From the NCBI GenBank assembly GCA_951406725.2, contig OX597822.1, positions 75,640,001 through 75,704,000 of the forward strand: a DNA stretch of 64,000 nt, read 5' to 3'. Position 1 is the first letter of the stretch. Each line of letters begins with the position of its first letter. The position numbers and the translations under genes are program-made. The notes below the pieces were generated by a model, which saw only the letters and a program-made list of their open reading frames with translations, ran no database searches and was not told the origin of the DNA. This DNA comes from Octopus vulgaris (lineage: Eukaryota). This document shows, piece after piece, positions 14,401-28,153 of this stretch.

Positions 14401-15027
14401 GTGTGTATGCAAGTATGTATGTGTGTATGTACATACGCGTATCGTATGTGTGTTTGTCTGTCTATGTAAGTGCACGAATTATTCGCATACCCCAAACACA
14501 TTTATTCATTCTTCTATCTATATATAATCTCTGGTAACATTATTATTGCACGACAATGAGACTATGATTTTTCTGAATCTTGCATGACAGTTTCCTTAAG
14601 GGAATAAATCTGCCATTGTTTATATGAGTGTTTGATACTCAGAAAGCCTGAGGTTATCCTCTAAAAATCATAATATTCGATCATTATCGTGAACTTGCAA
14701 ACTATTTTAAAACAACATTCTGAAACAATGGTCTCCAAAGATATTTCAGAAAATTATGTTATTTGAGCCGAAATAAGAAATATCCCGAATATTTTATAAC
14801 AATATTTAGTGCTGTGACATAATCGGTGGTATTGAACAATTCAAAATGTCGTATAGTATTTATCTTTGTCTGTGTGACGTTCTGAGTTTTTATCCTCAAG
14901 CTCACAGTTCAATTTTGCTTTTCGCCCTCCCATGTTCTACAATCTCTTCTCGGTCTGTTGACTAAGATCGAAACGTAGTATCTATTCTTTTCAGTTAAGT
15001 AACCGGTATGGTCTCCCTTTAGAGTCA

Positions 15028-15389
15028 TCTCTCTATATATAAACGGCAAAATGTCTGTGTGTGTGTCCTTTATACAAATCCACAATTTTTCAGTTAGAGG
15101 ACTCGCACTTTCTATGGTCATTCAAACCCGTCCAAGGATGGTCGTGCACATCTTTACATTTCCCCGTAAAGCCATTAAAAAATCAATAGAAGTGACCTTT
15201 TGTGAATTTTCTATCCAAAACCCAATCAAGATGCCCGAAACTTGATACGCTAATTGACTGCCAGATAGCTGTGTATGTGATTAGCCGGAGATTTGGACAG
15301 TACTCGCGTGTATGTGCGCACGCACGCAGCTGTATATGCATGCACTACCACTATGTGCTAGTTAATATTAAACTAGCACATAGTGCTAG
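15028..15389 (+). mobile_element. Non-autonomous Helitron-like element
   Basis: Starts A|TCTCTCTATATATAAACGGCAAAATGTCTGTGTG (like the 4878 end) and ends CTAG|T. Confidence 0.65.
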
Positions 15390-15622
15390 TTAATATTAAA
15401 CTGATTTTCAGAATAAAGCAAAGAGTTAAGGGCATGCTCCGCTTTCACAGAGTTGGCCTGGTATCGCTATGCTTCCAGGAATCAGCACATTTTTCTCTTA
15501 GGCGAAGATGTAGCTGTGAGGTTAGCATTTTTGCTTTCCAACTGAGGGGTCTTAATGACTTCCACCCGAGCCCTACGACCAAAGTTCTGTGAGTGGATTT
15601 GGTTAACAAAAACTAAAATAAA

Positions 15623-15795
15623 CCTGTAGTTGAGAAAAGGTTAGCTGAAATGGAGAAATCGGAGCCATCTGGATATTGGGAAAGGGTTACCTGTGTCTAG
15701 GTGAATCGCGCCGGGTATCAAAATGCTGACATCATGACTGCTGTTCTGTGAGCACTGTAAAGACTGTAACACGTGATATGGACAGTTGTAACTTT
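15623..15795 (+). mobile_element. Tc1/mariner-like transposase N-terminal relic
   Basis: CTGTAGTTGAGAAAAGGTTAGCTGAAATGG...GACATCATGACTGCTG...GTGATATGGACAGTTG aligns with the reverse complement of 4200-4362. Confidence 0.6.
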
Positions 15796-16047
15796 AATTA
15801 GGCGCAGTCATGGCATCGCGTTAAAAACTTTGCTTCGTAATCTCATGGTCTTAGGTTCAGTCTCACTGCGTGGCCATTTCGGTGAGTATCTTACATTTAG
15901 CCCCGGGACGGCCAAAGCGTTGTAAATAAATTAAGCAGGACGAAGATTCTTTGAGAAGCCGATCGATTCATTCGATTAAAAATTCTTCGAGGCGGTGCTC
16001 CAACATAGCAGCGGTCTAATAGCTGAAACGACTGAAATGTAAAAGAT

Positions 16048-16098
16048 ATCTATCTATCTCTCTATCTGTCTGTCTGTCTGTCTGTCTGTCTGCCTGTA

Positions 16099-16178
<80 letters not shown>

Positions 16179-16219
16179 ACTCTGTCTGTCAGTCTGTTTG
16201 TCAGTCAGTCAGTCAGTCA

Positions 16220-16278
<59 letters not shown>

Positions 16279-16279
16279 A

Positions 16280-16314
<35 letters not shown>

Positions 16315-16347
16315 ACTCTGTCTGTCAGTCTGTTTGTCAGTCAGTCA

Positions 16348-16390
<43 letters not shown>

Positions 16391-16475
16391 AGTCTGTCCG
16401 TCTGTCTGTCTGTCTGTCTGTCGGTCCGTCCGTCCGTCTGTCTGTCTATCTATCTATCTATTTATTTATCTATCT
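16048..16475. repeat. Compound tetranucleotide microsatellite (TCTG/TCTA/TCAG)n inside a decayed SINE B
   Basis: Direct inspection; partially duplicated block structure. Confidence 0.9.
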
Positions 16476-16767
16476 GAGTGGATATGTGTATGTGTGAATG
16501 CATGTATCTTTTTCTTTGTGACCCCCCCCCCCCATCACCTGACAAGCGTTGTTCGTTTGTTTACGTCTCTGTAATTCATCGATTCGGCAACAGATATCCG
16601 ATCGAATAAGTACCAGAGGTTAAAAGATACTAAATATTGGTTTCCATTTGTTTGACTGAAATCCTCCAACACAGTGCCCCCAGCATGGCAGCTATCCAAT
16701 GACTAAAACAAGTTAAAGATAACAGATCAAAAGATTTAACAATGACAAAAAGAAGAAAAAAACATTT

Positions 16768-16913
16768 GTAAGTAGCTTGCTTACGAACCACATGGTTCCG
16801 GGTTCAGTCCCACTGCGTGGCACCTTGGGCAAGTGTCTTCTACTATAGCCTCGGGCCGACCAAAGCCTTGTGAGTGGATTTAGTAGACAGAAACTGAAAG
16901 AAGCCCGTCTATA

Positions 16914-16957
<44 letters not shown>

Positions 16958-17215
16958 CATGTATGTATATATGTATGTATGCATGTGTGTATGTATACGT
17001 TTGTGTCCCTGTGTTTGTCTTCCCAACATCGCTTGACAACAGATGGTGGTGTGTTTACATCCCCGTAACTTAGCGTTTCGGCAAAAGATACCGATAGAAT
17101 AAGTACTAGGCTTACAAAGAATAAGTCCTGGGGTCGATTTGTTCGACTAAAGGTGGTGCTCCAGCATGGCCACAGTCAAATGACTGAAACAAGTAAAAGA
17201 GTAAAAAAGAGAGTA
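16768..17215 (+). mobile_element. SINE family B
   Basis: Near-complete copy. Confidence 0.85.
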
Positions 17216-17721
17216 TTTGTCAGAATACCGTTTAGGGATACGTCTGCCAGATGTGTCGAGTGTTTTCAACTATAAAAGGCATTTAAAACACTTTAAAAAA
17301 TATATTGAAGATTTAATATCTTACTTCAACCTTTGAAATTTTTCCGCTCAATTCGGATGAAGAAATTTTTAGCAAGGCGATTCCCCTAGACATATAACAA
17401 AATCCGGTATGAAGTTATTGAACGATCATAAAATATATATAATGGTACAGAGAAAGTTTCGCCCTTAGGTAGATGATAAATTGATGGTCAACAATCAGGA
17501 AAGTGGTAAATAAAATATTAGTTTTAAATGAAGATATATTAGACAACGACAAAATATAATCTAGATGTGATCACAAGAATAATTATAGCGAGAACAAGGC
17601 AGTAAAATACTGGAGAAAGATGGCCACTAATATGTGTGTGTATGTACAACGTGTGTGTGTTGTATTGGCATTTATGTATGTGTGTACGTACGCATTTACA
17701 CATACATACATATTGTATATC

Positions 17722-17819
<98 letters not shown>

Positions 17820-18239
17820 TAAACTTTTAGACTTGCGTAGTATGCCGATTAAAGCCCTTTCACTGTCTGCGGTTACCTGATGTCATTAACAGCATAGATA
17901 TAAATGCCTCTGGATCTACCTCAGGAATTCCTCAGTCGAGTAATAAAGTATCTTGTCATGCTGGGACACTGCCCTGAAGAATATATTGAAACTTATTTAT
18001 CAGTCTTTTTGCTAAACAGCTGCGCTACGGGAAGTGATGGGGGAGAAACACACACACAAAGACACACACTCTCACGCACACATATATACGGCAGGCTCTT
18101 TTCGGCTTCTGTCTAGTAAAATCTACTCAGAAGACTAATCAGCCCGAGGCTATGGGAGACATTTGCCTGAGATGCCATTCAGTGGGACTGAACCCTGAAC
18201 CATGTGGTTGGGAAGTAAACTTACCACACAACCACATCT

Positions 18240-18513
18240 ATTTAACCATCTCACATCGTCTCTGATGAAGGGATATCCCTAATATCCCAGAAACAACTAT
18301 AAGACTAACTTTTTCTTTATAAATATCCTATAAATTCCACACAGCCTTGGTTTTGTTATCTCATTTTATTTAACATATACATGCTCACACAGGACCCGGT
18401 TTAGACTCCTCACTCGTATTATTAATCCAACCGTATTATTAATCCTAACTACGGTCCTTCATGAGCGCTTACATAGCTTTACCTGCCACTTTTGGTCTTC
18501 TGGATACCAATAC

Positions 18514-18517
<4 letters not shown>
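18240..18517 (+). mobile_element. Short non-coding hammerhead-bearing element (family HH-1), copy 1
   Basis: Colinear with 25680-25997 (GCCTTGG.TTTGTTATCTCATT, TTAGACTCCTCACTCGTAT, TAGCTTTA, TCTTCT.GATAC); ends at a (TA)n tract. Confidence 0.7.
18258..18305 (+). ncRNA. Type I hammerhead ribozyme motif, stem III degenerate
   Basis: GTCT-CTGATGA-A-GGGATAT(CCCTA)ATATCCC-A-GAAA-CAACTAT-A-AGAC: stem I GTCT/AGAC, perfect 7-bp stem II. Confidence 0.7.
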
Positions 18518-18597
<80 letters not shown>

Positions 18598-18713
18598 CAT
18601 TTAGGAATGGTCATTTTGCCAGTTTAGCCAATAAAAACACACACGCACTATATATTTGGTGTTATTTTGCTTCAGCGTTATTTACTTTTTTACATTAATC
18701 TTAATCTTATTTC

Positions 18714-18758
18714 GGCCAAAGTTCTTTCGTCACACTCCTGTGACCGCATCAGTGGTCC
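18714..18758 (-). ncRNA. Hammerhead-like motif with variant core
   Basis: RC: CCA-CTGATGC-G-GTCACA(GGAG)TGTGAC-GAAA-GAACT-T-TGG; 6-bp stem II, stem I CCA/TGG, A9 replaced by C. Confidence 0.5.
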
Positions 18759-19147
18759 TTTGCTTTCTTTTTTCTTATTTGTGTGTCTCTCCTTACTAAC
18801 TGTCAGCCATTTTGTATTTCTATTGTATGTGTCCTCATTTGCGCTTGCGTATATCTCTATGTGCGTCTATGGTTAGTTAGTGTGTGTGCGGGGGGGGATG
18901 CCTGTAATATTTGTATCTCCTGTTTATATACGTTCGTGTAATTTTTTTTAAATCCCCCAAAATAAAATAAGAATGCAACAGACGACAATAAAACATCCGG
19001 GCAGACAGGCGATACAAAGACGGACAAGAAAACATTTAAAAAATGGACAGGAAAAACAAGGACGTCTCATTCACAGCCTCCTCTCGTTAGTCAATTTTTT
19101 AAATTATCCACCGGAAAAAAACAAAGGTTATGTATTGAACATCATTA

Positions 19148-19225
19148 TCTTACAGCTGTTTCTGTTATAAAATGTGCTGGACTTCTAGTAGAGTACCTGG
19201 GTAACGTCCTATAGCTTCATCAGAG
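19148..19225 (-). ncRNA. Type I hammerhead ribozyme motif with extended stem II
   Basis: RC: TCT-CTGATGA-A-GCTATA..(~40 nt incl. GGAC/GTCC)..TATAAC-A-GAAA-CAGCTGT-A-AGA; palindromic stem III ACAGCTGT, GUA site. Confidence 0.7.
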
Positions 19226-19304
19226 CCTTGAGTATGAAGTGCACTTTATTTGAGAAGATTTATATTTCGGAACATACAGGTGTTAGGAGTGTGGAGGTTA
19301 ATGT

Positions 19305-19610
19305 TAATGCCCCATCCTTCAGTCATGAATGACTATGAGGTTGCATGTAGAAATTTCCCCTCCGAGGGACAAGTCCGAACAAATTTGTTTATGGAAGACC
19401 AACAGTCTCCCATGCATACCAGCCTCTCCTGTCCACGCCACCGACGTTATCCAAGGGAAAGGCAAAAGTCGATACAGCTTGGCACCTGTGACGTCGCAAC
19501 TCATTTCTGCAGATAAGTGAAGTGGAGCCACGTGAAATAAAGTCCGGTCCAGGAAACGAACTCACTACCTCATGATTGTGAGCCCGACGCTCCAAATCAC
19601 TGAGCCATGC
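19305..19610 (-). mobile_element. tRNA-derived SINE, family D (degenerate)
   Basis: tRNA-like head at right end (RC GCATGGCTCAGTGAT...GTGAGTTCGTTTCC); loosely similar relic at 58230-58505. Confidence 0.55.
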
Positions 19611-19631
19611 ACTTTCATACCTTCATATCTG

Positions 19632-19708
<77 letters not shown>

Positions 19709-19764
19709 TTATCTATATACATACGTACATATATATATATATGTATATGTTTATATACATATAT

Positions 19765-19987
19765 ATATTTCTTTATTACCCACAAGGGGCTAAGTATAGA
19801 AAGGACAAACAAGGACAGGAAAATGGATTAAGTCGATTACATCGACCCCAGTGCGTAACTGGTTCTTAATTTATCGCCCCCGGATGAAAGGCAAAGTCGA
19901 CCTCGGCGGAATTTGAACTCAGAACGTAACGGCAGATGAAATACGGCTACGCATTTCGCCCGGCGTGCTAACGGTTTTGCCAGCTCG

Positions 19988-19990
<3 letters not shown>
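19765..19990 (-). mobile_element. SINE family C
   Basis: RC of GGCGAGCTGGCA...GAGTTCAAATTCCGCCGAGGTCGACTTTGCCTTTCATCC. Confidence 0.8.
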
Positions 19991-20045
<55 letters not shown>

Positions 20046-20189
20046 TGATAGAAATGGTAAGACAACAAAATAATGAAAGAGATCTCGATATTATGCAAAT
20101 AGAGGAATTTATCTGTAAATATATGTGACAATTATTATCATGGGTACCGAATAATTGTCACATATTATATTTACACACACACACACACA

Positions 20190-20242
<53 letters not shown>

Positions 20243-22455
20243 TTGCAAACGTACATAAATACGTGCAAACATACATGGAAAATGTGCCTGTGACTTCGAA
20301 ACTTCACCGAATTTGGAGATTCAAACTGTGTTTTAAGATGTTCGTATTTAATATACTTAAGTAGACTATAGGTCTACATTGTACATCAAGAAACTTATTT
20401 ATTGCCAGAACAACCCAAATATATTTACCATATATTTATTAAACTCACAGGATTTTTCATACCATTTTCCTATAAAGCCAAAAATGACGTTGATTATTTC
20501 AATATTCTTCCATTTTAGTTTTATTTTGATGTGTTTATATACAATGAATTGTTATTCCAATCTATGTAGTAAATTAAACAAATTTTGATACTGATATAAA
20601 ACCTGATTTCGTATTTAGGTTATATCGGTATTTTAAGTTGAATTAAATATTTATTTTCATACAAATTTTACAGACATCCTCATAAATTTTTCTAAGTCAT
20701 TAATAGTTTGAATCGTTTACATCTTGATAACTGAAATTTATTTTCTCAAAATAAAATAAGTATTGACGACATAATAAAGTAACTTAATTTTCCCATAATG
20801 TCACTCATTTACGAATACTGTCCATTCTTGATTTAGGTACATTGTATTAATCACTTCATTAGCCATTAAAATAAATCATGCACTCTTATGTATATTAAGC
20901 TTTCTTGAAATCCCTACACTCTTTTCCCTTCAATCTTTGTTCCATTTATGTCCGTATTTCATTATTTCCCTGCTCTTGGTCATGTTTTGAATAAAAGGAA
21001 CCAGCTATGTAATCCGAAGTTTAATTCCCAACCATGTATTTCCAAATTCAGTTCCGCTTGGTAGCACCTGGGGCAAGTGTCTTTTGCTATAGCATCGGAC
21101 CTAACAAGGCCTTGTGAGTAGATTTGTGTGTGTGTATTGTGTGTGTGTGTGTGTATGTGTGTGTGTGCGCGTGCGTTTCTGTGTTTGGCACTCATCACTG
21201 CCCGACAATCGATGCTGGTGTATGTGTGTCCCCGTTACGTAACAGTTCGGCAAGATGACTCCGAAATAATAAGTACTAGGCTTTAACAAGTTACTGGGTT
21301 AGATTCGCTCGAGTAAAAATTCTTGAATGTGGTGCTCCAGCATGGGTACAACCTACTGACTGGAACACGTGCAAGACTAAAGATAACCGCTATTTCCATC
21401 TGTTTTGTTTTTCACTGCTTTTTATTGATAAATCTTTTCCACTCATCACAACGATTGATATCCCTGAATCTTCTCATAAGTTTATATGCGACTTATACAT
21501 AATAGAAGTCTTTGTATAGTATGAAAATCGGACCAAGTAAAACCCCGAATGTCACCTTTTTTAAAACACATCTTCAAATGAACGTCAAATATTGAGTTCT
21601 TTGTTTCAGTAAGTGCCTTTGCTTTTATATATAAATAAAAGTGTCGCTTTTAATACACAAGTTTCCTTTTACAGTCGAATTACATTTGAACGTAAACTCG
21701 TTCTAAATATACATTGAAATCAAAGAATATTTTCCATCAAATTCATCTTTAAGTCTTCAAATAAAATCTAACACTTATTTCAGAAAGTTTACTAAATTCT
21801 TATCAAAGGGAATTGGCAGACAATATATTTTGATGTCAAAGAAAAGTTGCCTGGGGAGACAACAAAGGCACGTAGATATTTTTTTCTTAAAACAGTGCCA
21901 ATACTACAACATTTAAATGATATATTCCACACGAATAAAGGTATTAAAGACCGAACGAACACCATTACTTTTCAGAAAAAAATTAACAGCGAATTTTAGA
22001 ACAAGATTAGATAGTTACATCAAGCAACAAAATATTTGTCAGTTTTGATAAGAAATACGTAAAAATATAAACAAACCTACGCAAATTTCTATCAAATTCG
22101 TCGCTAATGTTTCTAAGAAATATATCAAAGAATATAAACAGTGTGACATGACAAAAATACTAGCAGAAGTCGAAGAGAGAAGCATCATACTTTACTTTTA
22201 ATGATCATAAGTCACTTTTAAATTTTGTCATTCACATGAGTAAGCCTAAATTAAACAAATCTCTTTGCAATAATTCAAACTTAATAACAATATAGTTTCA
22301 TATCATCTCGAATAACAAAATGTCTTATCATTTCTTCCACTCTGGTTTTAAAAATTACCATCACTGTACCTATCTTTAGATACAAATTTAATCAAGCTAA
22401 ATAGCTAAATATATTACATTTATTAAAAACTCTAACTCGATCATATATTACAAAT

Positions 22456-22581
<126 letters not shown>

Positions 22582-24828
22582 ATTCTTTACTAGTAACTGT
22601 ATTCGACTATGAAGATTCAGCTGAATTCATTGATAGTGTTGCATTATAATATTTCAGTGTACTACAGCAATATTTCCGTCTTTCTCTCTTCATACCAAGA
22701 TATCGGTTTGCTATTATCACGTAATTTCAAACCAGGTCAGAGAAAGATTCTGTATGACCTTTCATAATTTAACAAAAAATAAAAAATTGAAAACCATTAA
22801 CATTCATAATTGAAAACATAACATTGCTAACTCAAAATAAAAGAACTCTGAAGAACCAAAAGTTAAAATTTCACTGTTTTAGGAAACCTCTGAGTATTAT
22901 TTTATAATTATTATAGAGAAAACTGTTTCCGTAAGAATATCTACTATATCTTTAAAAGAATAGATTTTTAACCATGCATTCAACTATTACAAAGACATAC
23001 CTAAAAAAAAGAGGGAAAAATAAAATAAACAACAGCTTCGTTGCTTATTCACTTTTTTTAAAATGTTGCAAAATTAGAAAAATATATATAATGCACTATT
23101 GAATAATTTGTCGTTCAACAATACGAGACATCACACCAGTAAGTAATTTTTTCTCAGACTACGACCAAAACACTTCCCTCCGAACATAATTGTCAGAAAC
23201 TATTTAAGCAGAAGAATATTAAGTATTTTTTTTCCCATTTTGCTAGGTACACTACTTTCTAATTTCATCTGAGGTGAAAAACTAGTCACACCACTAAAAT
23301 ACTTTTGATTGTAATTGCCTTCAACACCCTTTTTACACCTCCACTAGGAAATTTGAAGGCATAATAAGAAATCGATTTTAAAGTCATTTATTTCATTGTT
23401 TATTTATAGCAACACTTTTTAAAAACATACACCTACAAATACATTGATAGACTTACACAAAAGACCGATGCATCTCTTTCGAGGAATGCTTTATCAATAC
23501 ACATTTTAATATTAGCATACTTTTACATAATAAAAACTGAATTTTTATTTTTCTCGAAAATCTATAGGAAACGATAAAGTGCGGTGGCAAATTTGCGTTT
23601 CGAATCGTATGAAGTTCTCTTTTCTTCAATCTCCAATTACTTAAATAACATCCAGGATAACCTTAATTTTGTAACCGTACGTTGCATCAACTGATTCAAA
23701 CATATTATGCTATTACGTTCCCTAATCGGTAATATTTTTTCAGCACACAATAATTTCTTCTACAATGTCCTTTTAGAAAGTATACATTTTTGGCATATAG
23801 TTAATTACAACATAAAATTAACATTTTATATTCTCTAACACGTATTGTTTTCTTCCTTACTATAAACATTGGTTATAAAAATATAATCAGTGAATCTAAA
23901 GGAGTCGAGCCTGGCAGAATTGTTAGCACGTTGGACAGAATACTTAGCGGCATTTCCGCCGTTTTTACGCCCTGAGTTCAAATTCCACCGAATTTCATCT
24001 TTTCGGGATTGATAAAATAAGTACCAGTTGAATAATGGAGTCAATGCAATAGACTTATACCCACCCCTGAAACTGCTGGTTATGCGCTAAAATTTGAAAT
24101 CAATATATTCAAAGAATCCGTGCGCCAGAAACCATTAAACTTAGGTACATGGTTTAATAAAGTCATTTCTGAATTCAACAGTTTAAATACAATTTACACT
24201 CCGGCTATTCTATGTATGTTAATTTAATTTAAACGCGTAGTATCTATAAATCCCTTGTAAATTTTCTCTCTAGATGATGCTTCACAAACTTAAGTCACAG
24301 TAAATTTTTCTACACTAGTATTCAACCACTGATCTTTTCGCTTCCTATCTAAGAAATATTCCAGATTATTCAATGGCTTTCTTTATACTTTGTCATTCTA
24401 TATCAAACGTAGAAGAAAAAAATTGCGTATATCTTACACTAATTTGTAACCGTTTTCTGCTTCGTTTTAATCCAATTTATAACATCTTATAATGTTTCAT
24501 TTGCTAGAGTTATTCTATTGTGTTCATATTCATGTAATTTCTTTCTTTTAAACTGATATTCTGTATTATGTATAATATATTTGACTCTATACATCCATAC
24601 GTCCATTCTATAAACTTTTATCTGCTTCTTCACAATAAGAAATTGTAGTTTACACGCATGCACATTATTGATTTCATACAGACTTGTAGAGACTAAAGTT
24701 TCTTTAAGAGATACACGTTATGTCCTCACCTCCTTATATATACATAACCAACTATATTAACACTTTGCACGAAACTAAAATATAATTCCATCAAATATGT
24801 TGATTCTTTCCCTGTGCCTTAAACAGAT

Positions 24829-24885
<57 letters not shown>

Positions 24886-25589
24886 TATATATGCATACAA
24901 ATGTACATACATACACACACACACATATATATATATATACAGGTATAAATACATATATGTGTGTGCGTGTTTGTGTTTGCGTGTGTGTGTGTATGTGAGT
25001 ATATTTATGCTATTATCGCATTTTTTGAATATTTTCATATTTTTGTAATTTATCTTGTTTTTATACATCTTAATACTTCTTCATAAATGAAAGCTCACAT
25101 TTATCTGAACACCAAATTCTACATTTGAAATTAACTGTTGAAGATATAGTTACACTTTTTATATTGTTTTCCATAATTTCCTCATATCACAATTTATTAC
25201 CTGATTTCCTAAACTATTAGCCTATTTTTTTTCCTCCTAAGTTTCACACATCTATAAATAAATAGATTCCCTGGAGATATAAGGTGTAAGTAAACAGAAT
25301 TTTTCTGTATTACACTGCCTGCTAAACTTTTGTTTAACTTAATAATACGTATTGTTCCTAGATATTACATATTGCTGTTAGTAATAACAAATAATAACAC
25401 ACAGATTTCAATGATTTTAACAATCCTGGAGAAGATATTTTTGTATTATGGAAGCATGGCTGTGTGGTAAGAAGTTTGCTTACCAACCACATGGTTCCGG
25501 TTTCAGTCTCAGTTCATGGCACCTTGGGCTAGTGTCTTCCACTATAGTCTTCGGCCGACCAAAGCCATGTGAGTAGATATAAGGATATA

Positions 25590-25787
25590 TCTTATTCCTA
25601 CTCTCACTCTCTTATTTCCCTCTGTATTCCCTATCTCCTCCTTTTCCACAATAATTCGAACTCGAATATTTACTCACACCCTCTCTGATGAAGGGATATC
25701 CATAATATTCCAGAAACAGCTGTAAGACTATTTCATTGTAAATGTCCTGAAAACTCCTCACGGCCTTGGATTTGTTATCTCATTCTG

Positions 25788-25847
<60 letters not shown>

Positions 25848-25997
25848 ACGCATGCTAATACAAGACCCACATTAGACTCCTCACTCGTATCATTATAGAA
25901 TCAAGAGTTTAACCACGGTCTACCCACAGCACTTACTTAGCTTTAACCGACACTATTTGGATCTTCTAGATACTAGTATCTCTCATAACCCTCGGTA
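25590..25997 (+). mobile_element. Hammerhead-bearing element HH-1, copy 2
   Basis: Homologous to 18240-18517; pyrimidine-rich leader; internal (TA)n expansion. Confidence 0.7.
25682..25727 (+). ncRNA. Type I hammerhead ribozyme motif, intact core
   Basis: TCT-CTGATGA-A-GGGATAT(CCATA)ATATTCC-A-GAAA-CAGCTGT-A-AGA; palindromic stem III, GUA cleavage triplet. Confidence 0.8.
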
Positions 25998-26324
25998 TAT
26001 ATATATGTTTGTGCGTGTGCCTGTGTGTTCGTGTCTGCGTTTGTCCCCCATCACTGCATGACAACCGGTGTTGTTGTGTTTATGTCTCTGTAACTTAGCT
26101 GTTCGGCAAATGAGACCGATAGAATAAGTACCACGTTTAAAAAGAAAAAAATATTGGGGTCAATTCGTTTGATTAAAATGTTTCGAGGCGGTGCCTCAGC
26201 ACGGCCGCAGGCAAATGGGTGAAAAGTTTAAAAGATAAAAAATAGAAAATAGCTTAGCTTACTAGGTTTATAAAGCGTACGAATTATATTTATGGAATTT
26301 AAGAAGCATTATTTAACCTAATGC

Positions 26325-27400
26325 TACGTTCTGAGTTCAAATCCGCCGACGTCGACTTAGCCTGTTGTTCGTTCAGGGTCGATAAATTAGGTACCAGTTG
26401 AGTACTGGAGTCGATGTAATCAACTTGCCCCTTCCCCCAAAATTTCAGGCCTTGTGCCTATAGTATGAAGGATTATTTAACATAATGGGATATCAAGTAC
26501 GTTGCTTAGAGGGAATACCTATGAGTTATCTCCCATATATTGTTTAGCATGCTCTAAGCAATTAATATTACTACATTATGAGGCAGCGAGCTGGCAGAAT
26601 CGTTAGCATGCCGGGCAAAATGCTTAGAGGCATTTCGTTCGTCTTTACATCCTGAGTTCAATTTCCGCCGAGGTCGATACTGCCTTTCATCTTTTCGGAG
26701 TCGATAAAATAAATGCCAGCTGATGACTGGGGATCCATGTAATCAACTTAGCCCATTTCCCGGAATGCTTGTGCCAAAATTTGAAATCACTACTACTAAA
26801 TTAGTATAAGAAAATTTATTGCGTAATGACAGACGTTAAGTGAAGTCCAATGTAAAAGATGTCGTATATCCAAACCATGTCGACAAAGATAATCTTTTCT
26901 ACTATAGGCACAAGGCCCGAAATTTTCGGGGAGGGGACCAGTCGACCACAGAACGCAACCGGTGATTAATTTAGCGACCCCGAGAGGATGAAAGGCAAAG
27001 TCGACCTCAGCGGAATTTGAACTTAGAACGTAAAACAGACGAAATACCTATTTCTTTACTACCCACAAGGGGCTAAACACAGAGGAGACAAACAAGGACA
27101 GACAAACGGATTAAGTCAATTTCATCGACCCCAGTGCGTAACTGGTGCTTATTTAATCGACCCCGAAAGGTTGAAGAGCAAAGTCGACCTCGGCGAAATT
27201 TGAACTAAGAACATAAAGACAGACGAATTACCGTTAACCATTTCGCCCGGCGCGCTAACGTTTCTGCCAGCACACTGCATTAAAGGGGAAAAAAAGGCAC
27301 AGTCGACCTCGGCAGAATTTGAACTTAGCACGTAAAGACGGACGAAATGCCGGTAAGCATTTTGACTGTCCCGCTAACGACTCTGCCAACTCGCCGCATT
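26325..27400. mobile_element. Cluster of SINE family C copies (+ strand 26325-26790, - strand 26893-27400)
   Basis: Repeated GTCGAC..TGCCTTTCATC..TTCGG.GTCGATAAA core in both orientations. Confidence 0.8.
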
Positions 27401-27582
27401 GTAGTTGAAAAAGATAATGCCGGGTTTGAATGACGAAAGAAGAAAAGGGAAGCATGTGAAGGATATAATAGGAGGAATAAATGAATAAAGGACAATCTAT
27501 AAAGAAAACGAAGAATGATTAGAAATGCAAATCAGAGATATTTAGCCGAATAATGCAATGACACTGAGAATAGTTTTTTCAA

Positions 27583-27990
27583 TAGGCGTAGGAGTGGCTG
27601 TGTGGTAACTAGCTTGCTTACAAACCACATGGTTCCGAGTTCAGTTCCACTGCATGGCACCTTGGGCAAATGTCTTCTACTATAGCCTTGGGCCGACCAA
27701 AGCATTGTGAGTGGATTTGGTAGAGGGAAACTGAAAGCAGCCCGTCGTATATATGTATATATATGTGTGTGTGTATATGCTTGTGTGTTTGTGTTTGTCC
27801 CCCCACCATCGCTTGACAACCGTTGCTGGTGTGTTTATGTCCCCGTAACTTAGCGGTTCTGCAAAAGTGGCCGATAGAATAAGTATTAGGCTTACAAAGA
27901 ATAAGTCCTGTGGTCGATTTGCTCGACTAAAGGCGGCGCCCCAGCATGGCCGCAGTCAAATGACTGAAATAAGTAAAAGAGTAAAAGAAT
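27583..27990 (+). mobile_element. SINE family B, full length
   Basis: Complete head-core-tail. Confidence 0.85.
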
Positions 27991-28153
27991 AGCAATGCAA
28001 GAATCCTGGTGGTAGAAACAATTCGTCCCCGAGAGTATAAAAGGTAAAATCCACCTCAGCATTCAACATAGAGAGCATATTAGGAAGAAAAGCAGCGCTA
28101 AATATTTTGTTACCGATGGCACCTGATAGCTACCTTTTTTTAAATCAAAATGC

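Larger units (their letters stand above)
25450..26225 (+). mobile_element. SINE family B split by an HH-1 insertion
   Basis: Head and core 25450-25577; remainder resumes near 26000. Confidence 0.75.
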
